From: Patescibacteria group bacterium
GTDB taxonomy: Bacteria > Patescibacteriota > UBA1384 > XYA2-FULL-43-10
Length of the DNA stretch: 32,000 nucleotides
NCBI GenBank assembly: GCA_041674405.1
Contig: JBAYVT010000002.1
Coordinates: 120,001-152,000 of the forward strand
Direction: 5' to 3'
This document shows positions 28,401 to 32,000 of this stretch, piece after piece; the first letter of the stretch is position 1; each line of letters begins with the position of its first letter. The translations under genes were made by a program, and so were the position numbers. The notes below the pieces were generated by a model. That model was not told where the DNA came from. It was given only the letters and a program-made list of their open reading frames with translations, and ran no database searches.

Positions 28401-28628
28401 AAAATTGATTGATGGGTTGACCATAACAAACCCAAGAACCGAAATCGCCACAATATATAAGGTCAAGAACATCCAATGAAAGGGTGACGAAGATCCCGAA
28501 AGATGCCACTTGTAATACCAACCGAATTTCATGCGAAGAGCATTGTGCCATGGAGAAAATCGGGAGAATGTGGTTCTCGTGCTTTTTTGTACTTTCATTA
28601 TTTCCCTGTCAAGCTCCACAGTTGTCAT
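16452..28628 (-). CDS. Giant (4058 aa) multidomain surface/adhesin-like membrane-anchored protein
   Basis: One uninterrupted ORF: N-terminal cytoplasmic segment and TM/signal-like FHWMFLTLYIVAISVLGFVMVNPSINFEKPPKALAAN; arrays of ...TYYNLYLDHAGTTFTAAGDIT...VLTINAGTFDASNKTITLSGSGTPFV...; beta-propeller; FN3-like domains; Ig-like domain; C-terminal TM segments with carboxypeptidase-regulatory/CnaB-like domains. Alternative start at Met11 (28598) has AGGGAAATA upstream. Confidence 0.93.
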   Translation of the reverse strand: MTTVELDREIMKVQKSTRTTFSRFSPWHNALRMKFGWYYKWHLSGSSSPFHWMFLTLYIVAISVLGFVMVNPSINFEKPPKALAANTTTWTVAGAGDANYNGEYSYGGTDAYGSDYWKNANNMYLYWDGGGAYMLSDVLNDAMMDVHYYLMEGALPGSNSWTANLGTAPAPSGVTPGGDPGHTYTGTNAGNTNANGTFAYNDQYFGDIGSSPYPVYKNENNSYLWFSGNMGGSWAVSSTLGSFYPGYTWFNADPVSDPTPYDWDASGEVEPGVIISEGGGGPATILISGTAKQYDESTNAADSETVKVAVNGTIQAQTGTTSGGSWSISGVTAPASGDTITVFIDGVADGNEANAVTKYDGSGNITGISLYEKHLYLGSDDNQTLSNNDISKYDNSVSSDEDIFFEIDGSNNLTLPAVGTQTDADQKIIIKANNTWRPASGGGTTSTVPKSYAEASSTMTLDNNSLVITGSGQSSSRPLRMETGSTFNYDTSTVTYQSASATDVALLGFHNLILDHSGTTFTPLSSGSFSVYGVFTIQTGTIYNGSDKTVYLYGSGTPFVVNGTFQEATSTIKYAGSSATNVTSATYYNLYLVHTGTTFTAAGNITVGSVLTLDVGTFNASDKTIVLNGSGTPFVNINATFQEGTSTVQYKGSSATNVTATTFYNLYLDRTGSTFTAAGDMTVSNLLTINAGEFDASNKTITLLGTNTPFVINGTFTANNSTLFYDCPDPVGAAVNVTATTYYNLQIARENFSGTHNVQAGTLNVSNNLHVGGGALTAVLSFETNDPIVNVDGDVIIDAGNTLTASSTAAFYLAGDYTNSATGIFTSGTGTLTLDGSDLQTITAGGTNGNHDFNSITITNASANGVYFADSATINGVFTDTTPSSKLTFHAGSTYSIMGLDINGGAVGTRIFMVSSTPTNHWNFNVVQDSPPASYVNVTDSDATGGSLVNATTGGYDGGNNHHWAFPPASISISGTCKQYDESSNCADSETIKVAINGSLDAATGTTSSGSWSITGVTAPSAGDTITIFVDGVADANEANAVTKYVSGNVSGIALYEKHLSIGSADNQTLSNADMEKYDNSVSSDEDIFFEVNATTKDLTLPESGTQTDTDQKLYVLASNTWQPAATDAPTSTISNLVIPTSAIVNLTGTTLALTASGTPLSITGTFTIGTSTIKFQGSGATNVNALSYYNLYAADKTGTTFAAAGNITVSGVLTINAGTFDASNKTITLSGSGTPFVVTGTFTPSTSTISYEGSSDTNLASVTYNNLVINHANTDFIAAGDITIADGFTMTSGSFSPGSHIINIAGDWDSSNVTFNEGNSTINFNGTSGDFSIILGSGQKFYNLTIAGENGGGSTSSTLGCGTGTNDASYGDGPWSTPEDITADDGNYARIVGIPQGKRSNYLKATNFGFNIPTNATVTGIKMEAKRMGSSPPVSDDIIEIIKSGTIGGTNQSADALWSGTEDYVPFGGDGNLWGLTWTPNDVNDSSFGVAMTIKKITPSVSNAIINYVRGTIYYSIPSSAWSLSSNIDVTNNLLVSSGTLTAGAHDISAGNVTISGGSLSAPASSNNFIVNGNWNHSSGTFDNNSGTVTFQTGGADKTLSGNMTGGSAFNNLTFNDGSGIWTANNDIDVSGVLSITTGEFNASNKTITLSGSGTPFVNNGTFQSSTSTIKYTGASATNVTAMGSGMVPGYYNLYLDHAGTTFTAAGNIKVENIFTINAGTFDASNKTITFMSTGTPFVVTGTFTASTSTVEYYGAAATNIASTTYYNLHLVTTAVSTAMGDINVTNVLTNDSIFDASNKTITLSGSGTPFVNNVVFTPSTSTVKYTGSLATNITATTYYNLYLDRAGTIFSAAGDITSTNVFTVNAGTFNDSPTGTITLSGSGTPFVINGTFQCMTGTVKYTGASATNIASTTYNNLYLDHAGTTFTAAGDISTGSNGTGVFTINAGTFDASNKTITLSGTSMPFVKTGTFTASTSTVKYTGTGPVNVTSATYYNLYIDKAGQTYTAAGDITANNVLTINAGTFNASNKTITLSGSGTPFVATGTFTYSTSTIKYTGSSATNITPVTYYNLTAEHANTNFTFTGATSVTRTFTNTTAPSTLTFNSGSNYNFNYAINIAGTSGNLITLAPSGGANWNLSASNNVAISYANVSKSSNTGSFCATYSVDGGGNTGWNISLTGSCSACSSYTFSGAGDSSYNGSYTYASVDARSNPYYTNTSNRVLAVDPWDSSWYLLSDTSKLLAPADQSAYVDWGSAGAPTVLPTTGTWTSFNGTLPAPTVTSGCSSFSISGTCKQYDESTACADGETVKVAINGTLDAATGTTASGSWTISGVTEPSAGDVITVFIDGATESHRANAVTKYTSGDITGVTLFEQHLVVGNGTAQTLSNTDLSQYDGSVSSDADILFDIGNATNDLAMPYNQATLTSQILYVIGTDTWRPNSSSAPTSTIPNLKIPATAVVNLDNTTLVLTESGDPLSISGTFTESTSTVKFQGTSATNINAITYCNLYAADHTGTTFTAAGNITINGVLTINAGTFAASSRTITLAAPGTPLVVTGTFQEGTSTLKYTGALATNITATTYYNLYLDHAGTTFTAAGDITTTNILTINAGTFDASNRTITLTGSGTPFVKTGTFTASTSTFIYRASSNTNITAANYYNLELLDPAVTPYVWVTNSGSNNITKLNSSTGAVIGTYAVGTGPYGVAVDGSGNVWVGNPYSGNVTKLNGSTGALIGTYAVGGGNPGVDNAGNVWVPYDSSHINKVNGSTGAVMGTYSTGTSPSGVAADRSGNVWICNHGSGNVTKLDSSTGALIGTYSVNGAPFSIAVDGDGNVWTASDGDIGITKLNGSTGAVIDIYSVPGANLAVDGSGNVWVVNSGTVYKVNGSTGAVIGTYSIGNGDHPGIDGDGNVWVTSIGGNTITKLNGSTGAVIGTYNVGSGPYHSFGDMTGFIWQSFVGNKTLTLSSGSFGVTNNLTIGDGTNQTDVDGITNNPSMNIGNFILNGNASFSAPSTMSVSGGWNHAGGIFTPGSGTVTLTGDSLIEGDTTFNNLTAATAGKTLSFSAGSTQTISGTWTVTGTSGSHVVLKRSGGSGGWNINPATATISYATISNSTNSGASFCATYSTDGGSNTDWNISPTGSCVTAPSAPTNAAIGTIQNDSFQVTWDDNSSDETGFKVYISTTPNSDCSQASYPDSPDYTTGAGETSQDVDGKDINTQYCAKVVAFNDAGNSTSAYSSPKYTLANMPTVSTVAGAYFVTGTISPSLNPSGTNYWIQYSINGTDFTDPAGMSWQTSTSYTLANLDPNTQYWIKAKARNGDNTDTTYSPSSAKVTPPAAPASLEANAVCRTSANLTWIAPEGADKYTLSYGTDSGASNKGTISDISTTATSLSGLARKTKYYAKVSATSNQNGAGNYSAIINFTTANCLGPTPSTDFRGTDIVTSQINWVWSNTDDDHTSWAVLDAAGNPLSGTLAASASSWLEQSLAPNTAYTRQVTVTNRKGTEKSNFATSYTLANTPDAPILSVVSESSVKIAINQNGNPANTRYAIYNDTAGKYVRHSDGAFSDSPDWQLYADWGGSDGFINTGLAASTNYAYRLKARNNSNVETDFSTASEVTTLGNPEKTASYIIISPTSAKIKVEDSVQFSAKAFASDDSEIPTAIIVWSVMNGGGEIDQTGLFTAGKEVGSFENTVQASFGDVKAAASVNVRKETIGEVIIGGIVGGVEDVAVSIDIVAGGIEKVYAAVGISKEAAPPVTAAAALGMAVVVAGLAPATNLITLFSLKEVIHIIVYSILSFGTVKKKRKKWGQVLEDGTGLPLSGAMVSLIKVGEDGTERVIETTTTDKSGVYGFAEPPGKYKIIAKKDKYQLAPKPDQYYDFDTGKIYEIDSYTKGFLVPTIIMSINGKSLSGIHAILGWLRKMERFFNYASIVVLTAGTILVLNNLIHDPNLLNYLILAGYILLWVINFSLVIRKSPWSMVVDRHKGEPIGLTLVRIMTGDNTRLVKTAVTDDKGKFSAILKRGRYTILATKEGYTLPKPVRFDTDEEISAVNKKIEMEKRNSKS
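19810..20640 (-). other. Seven-bladed YVTN/NHL/Vgb-like beta-propeller domain within the giant ORF
   Basis: Seven blades: VWVTNSGSNNITKLN, VWVGNPYSGNVTKLN, VWVPYDSSHINKVN, VWICNHGSGNVTKLD, VWTASDGDIGITKLN, VWVVNSGTVYKVN, VWVTSIGGNTITKLN. Confidence 0.8.
20660..27250 (-). repeat. Coding repeat array, roughly 70-aa units (predicted beta-rich/solenoid-like) with interruptions
   Basis: At least a dozen recognisable YYNLY-type units (TYYNLYLVHTGTTFTAAGNITVGSVLTL, GYYNLYLDHAGTTFTAAGNIKVENIFTI, TYYNLYLDRAGTIFSAAGDITSTNVFTV, ...). Confidence 0.85.
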
Positions 28629-28643
28629 TCCGTTTTATATTTA

Positions 28644-31600
28644 TTAGGTAATTGATTTTTTCTTTAGTTCCAACTTTTTACGAAGTGCAGCCATATTATC
28701 TTGATTGGCAAATTCCACCGGATGATCAAGCTCATATCCCTCCTTCGCTGCAAAAATGTTATATTTGCCTTTCCTTAACATAGCAGAGAATTTTCCCTTT
28801 TGGTCCGAAACAGTAGTTCTGACTAGTTTGTGGCTGTCTGAATTCATCACCCGAATCAAGGTTAGAGGGACCGGCTCTCCGGTATTCGATTCAGCCACAA
28901 TACTCCATGGCGAATTTCTAATGATGAAAGATGCGTTGATAATCCAAAGCAAAAAGTATCCAACAACAATAACGTAATTTAAAAGAGTGTGCTCGTGTAT
29001 GACGTTATTGGCCGCTAATATTGACCCGAGTGCAAGTAATACGAATGAAAAATATACAAAATATCTTTCTAATTTCCTAAACGATGCGACTAATTTTGCG
29101 ATATTACCGAGCTTCTTTCCGTTGACGTTCATAATAATTGTGGGAACAATCAAACCTTCTTCGTAGCTCAAAACATTAAATATCTTTTTGGGGTCAAAGT
29201 TATAAAATTGGTCTTCAATAGATGCAACCGTGTGTTTTTCTTTGCTCGCAATGACACGATATTTGCCAGGTCCAGCAGCAAAACCATATACCCCGTCTTT
29301 ATCAGTAAATGACGATTCTATGACTTTCTCAGTATCAGCATCGTCCACCTTAACCAGGCTTACCTGAGCCAGATATAAGGGCATTCCTGTTCCATTTTCA
29401 ATTACTCTTCCCCATTTTTTCTTCTTTCGTTTTAAAGTTCCAGCCGAAAGAATCGAGTAAGACAAAACATGATATATTTCATTCAGAGAAAACAGCGATG
29501 ATGCTGTGGCCATCGGAGTCATTGCAGCTGCCATTCCAGCAGCACCCAGCGCTGCAGCTGAGGTTATTGGGGTCGCTGCTTGTTTAGATATCCCGACCGC
29601 TTGGTATATTTTTTCAATTTGTCCTGCAGTGGTATTAATGACACCAGAAATTAACGTCGCACTCTTAACAATTCCATCGACTAAATTATTAATGATTGTA
29701 TCGTTTTTTATAATAACGGTGGCGAAAGATTGGCTCTCACCCACAGAGGCTTCAATTGTATTATTATATGTTCCAGTATCTGGTCCCGCAGTGAAAAATC
29801 CATTTTTATCGATTGCTCCGCCTCCATTTACCACTGACCAAACAATATTGACGTTGGATATTTCTTTGTTATCTAAAGTGAATGCTCGGGCTTTGAACTG
29901 AAGGGTTTCATTTGGCCCGATTGTGGCGGTTACCGGATCAATGGCGATTGAAGCAATATTTGAAACAGGGCTATCTCCACCTTTTGGACTATCTGGAAGT
30001 GTTAAATTCTCTCCGGGCGATGAGAAAGAAGTTTCTATGCTATCTCCATTTTTTGCCTTAACCAGATAATCATATTGCGTGCCGACCAAAAGATTGTAAT
30101 TAATAATGCCCGAACTTCCCCCCCACACGTTTCGCGTTTGCCAAACGGCGCTATTGCCCAGGGATCCATCAGCTTGCACATACTTTCCGGAAGTTTGATT
30201 ATAGATAGCGTATTGGGTCGAAGGCGGATTGTTATTTGAGTTGATGATGATCTTTAAAGAATTACTAGATAATGCATTGACCATCGGTGCATTTGGTTGA
30301 TTAGCCAGCGTGTAGAAAGGAGCAGTATATGATCCAGGCGAGTCATTACCAGAATTGGTTGCCGTAATTCTGGCGCAATATTGAGTATTAACACTTTTTC
30401 CTGAGATAAATTGCGAGGTCGTATTTGCACCCAAAGCATAATCCGGGTAATCCGGATATGAGGCAAACTCGCAATTATCACTTGTGGCAGTTGAAATAAA
30501 GATATTAAAGCCAGTTTCGCTTGAAGAGTTATCGATCCAATTCAGAGTGAAGAAAGTTGTGTCCACCCCTACAACCGAAGCCCCTGTGGGGGCAGCAGGG
30601 GTCGCTTCGCAGATCGTAGATGAACCAATCTGCCAGCCAATATTACCCCCCACATCAATAGAATAGTTTGCACAGAATTGGATTCCTGAATTAGTTGATT
30701 GAGAAATTGAAGCGTGAGAAACTACGGCTTTCGCCGGATTTATTATCCAATTTCCTGAACTGCCAGACCCTCGTAGATTAATATTGTGGCCACTAGACCC
30801 AGAAATACTCCATGTGCCGGTAATTGTTTGGGTTGAGCCGGCTGAAAAAGATATGGTCTTTCCACCCGTAACGGCCGTGAGATTGTTGAAAGTGGTATTT
30901 CCCTGAATCAGAGAATCGCCATTCAAAGTTACTGTCCCGTTGCCGGGAGTGAACGTGCCACCATTATTGTTCCAGCCGCCCGAAAGATTAATGTTTGAGG
31001 GAGCGTTAAAGTTCGCATTACTCTTTAATGTAAAATTTCCGCCTATGTTAATTGTTGGATTATTTGCCAATCCGTCAACAGTGGTTTGATTAGCGCCATC
31101 ACCAATCTGAAAATCGTTAGCGATATTAAACGTACCATTTGATAAAGTTAAAACTTTTGGATCGGCAAAAACTTGTCGAGCAAATCCTGTGGAATCTCCC
31201 ATTGAAATATAGGGGTTGCTAACCGGGTAGGTACCGAGAATTGCCCCTGTTGTTCCACTTAACTCCTTAATATTATTTGTATTGACCACCCAAGCATTGC
31301 CATTTTGGTCGATTGAGATACCATTTGGCCAACCATCTCCGTTAGCAAAGGTGCCAACAATATATGTACCCAGGACAGCACCGGTTGAGCCATTTAGCTT
31401 GCTCACGCTGTTGTCATAATGATTAGTGACCCAAACATTCCCAGATTGGTCAATGGCTATTCCATAGGGGTTTCCATGAACGGAATATGTACCTATAGTG
31501 GCGTTCGTCGAACCGTTAATTTTAGTAACGCTGTAATTGTCCCAGTTTCCTACCCAAGCATTACCGCTGCTATCGACTGCAATGCCCATTGGCCTGCTGC

Positions 31601-32000
31601 CAACCGCATGGGTAAAGATGGTTGCACCGGTCGTGCCATTCAGCTTCATAACATTATTACTTCCAGTATTTGCAACCCAGACGTTCCCGTCTCGATCAAT
31701 TGCAATACCTTCAGGATTAATACCCACACCATATGTGCCGATGGTTGCACCGGTCGCGCCACTTAGCTTGGTAACACTGCTGCCACCAGTATTAGTAACC
31801 CAAATATTCCCACTGCCATCGACTGCCACCCCCCAAGGAGCATTGCCAGTCGGGTATGTACCAATAGCAGTGCCTGTAGCTCCGTTAATCTTTGAAACGC
31901 TATTTGCCCAGTAATTCGCCACCCATAAATTATTATGACCATCCACTGCGAGACCATAGCATGGGCTTTCTGACACCGGATACGAACCGACGGTTGATCC
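28644..32000 (-). CDS. Paralogous surface protein (propeller, FN3-like, Ig-like, same C-terminal membrane module), partial at right edge
   Basis: Frame stays open past the track's GTG at 31976: GSTVGSYPVSESPCYGLAVDGHNNLWVANYW...; C-terminus NNVIHEHTLLNYVIVVGYFLLWIINASFIIRNSPWSIVAESNTGEPVPLTLIRVM... matches the 4058-aa protein; 15-nt gap to it. Confidence 0.9.
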   Translation of the reverse strand, partial: GSTVGSYPVSESPCYGLAVDGHNNLWVANYWANSVSKINGATGTAIGTYPTGNAPWGVAVDGSGNIWVTNTGGSSVTKLSGATGATIGTYGVGINPEGIAIDRDGNVWVANTGSNNVMKLNGTTGATIFTHAVGSRPMGIAVDSSGNAWVGNWDNYSVTKINGSTNATIGTYSVHGNPYGIAIDQSGNVWVTNHYDNSVSKLNGSTGAVLGTYIVGTFANGDGWPNGISIDQNGNAWVVNTNNIKELSGTTGAILGTYPVSNPYISMGDSTGFARQVFADPKVLTLSNGTFNIANDFQIGDGANQTTVDGLANNPTINIGGNFTLKSNANFNAPSNINLSGGWNNNGGTFTPGNGTVTLNGDSLIQGNTTFNNLTAVTGGKTISFSAGSTQTITGTWSISGSSGHNINLRGSGSSGNWIINPAKAVVSHASISQSTNSGIQFCANYSIDVGGNIGWQIGSSTICEATPAAPTGASVVGVDTTFFTLNWIDNSSSETGFNIFISTATSDNCEFASYPDYPDYALGANTTSQFISGKSVNTQYCARITATNSGNDSPGSYTAPFYTLANQPNAPMVNALSSNSLKIIINSNNNPPSTQYAIYNQTSGKYVQADGSLGNSAVWQTRNVWGGSSGIINYNLLVGTQYDYLVKAKNGDSIETSFSSPGENLTLPDSPKGGDSPVSNIASIAIDPVTATIGPNETLQFKARAFTLDNKEISNVNIVWSVVNGGGAIDKNGFFTAGPDTGTYNNTIEASVGESQSFATVIIKNDTIINNLVDGIVKSATLISGVINTTAGQIEKIYQAVGISKQAATPITSAAALGAAGMAAAMTPMATASSLFSLNEIYHVLSYSILSAGTLKRKKKKWGRVIENGTGMPLYLAQVSLVKVDDADTEKVIESSFTDKDGVYGFAAGPGKYRVIASKEKHTVASIEDQFYNFDPKKIFNVLSYEEGLIVPTIIMNVNGKKLGNIAKLVASFRKLERYFVYFSFVLLALGSILAANNVIHEHTLLNYVIVVGYFLLWIINASFIIRNSPWSIVAESNTGEPVPLTLIRVMNSDSHKLVRTTVSDQKGKFSAMLRKGKYNIFAAKEGYELDHPVEFANQDNMAALRKKLELKKKSIT

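Noticed and set aside
16500-28500. Many plus-strand and alternate-frame ORFs of 60-290 aa opposite the giant gene
   Set aside because: They are shadow ORFs created by repetitive coding sequence with shared periodicity; no SD/promoter context and the minus-strand frame is continuous for 4058 codons.
1-32000. Transposases, integrases, phage genes, reverse transcriptases, restriction-modification or known defence systems
   Set aside because: No ORF shows corresponding motifs; the window is housekeeping genes plus surface-protein genes.

Overview
The window looks like a chromosomal segment of a small-genome, probably CPR/Patescibacteria-type bacterium (taxonomy is inference). From 1 to 16.4 kb it carries housekeeping genes: comM (partial), miaA, an ABC exporter, an HD hydrolase, a methyltransferase, tRNA-Leu(UAG), comEA-like, recG, mnmA, folD, iscU/nifU and iscS. 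From 16.45 kb to the right edge it carries two tandem, co-oriented, very large surface proteins: one of 4058 aa and one open at the window edge. The less ordinary content is: (i) a Phd/YefM-type 'antitoxin' with a CxxC motif, no visible toxin, translationally coupled to iscS and preceded by operator-like repeats between possible promoter elements; (ii) several GC-rich micro-transcription units with their own promoters, strong Shine-Dalgarno sites and terminal hairpins. These encode double-CxxC mini zinc ribbons (44, 50 and 58 aa) and a run of 41-aa, TM-type and 20-aa peptides with a hairpin-dense RNA between recG and mnmA, mostly missed by the supplied ORF track; (iii) a GC-rich palindromic element and AT-rich quasi-repeats that appear to have inserted in frame into recG and mnmA; (iv) giant surface proteins with nested domains (a 7-blade propeller interrupting a repeat array) and a shared C-terminal membrane module. 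All calls come from reading the sequence. No searches, folding or alignments were run.
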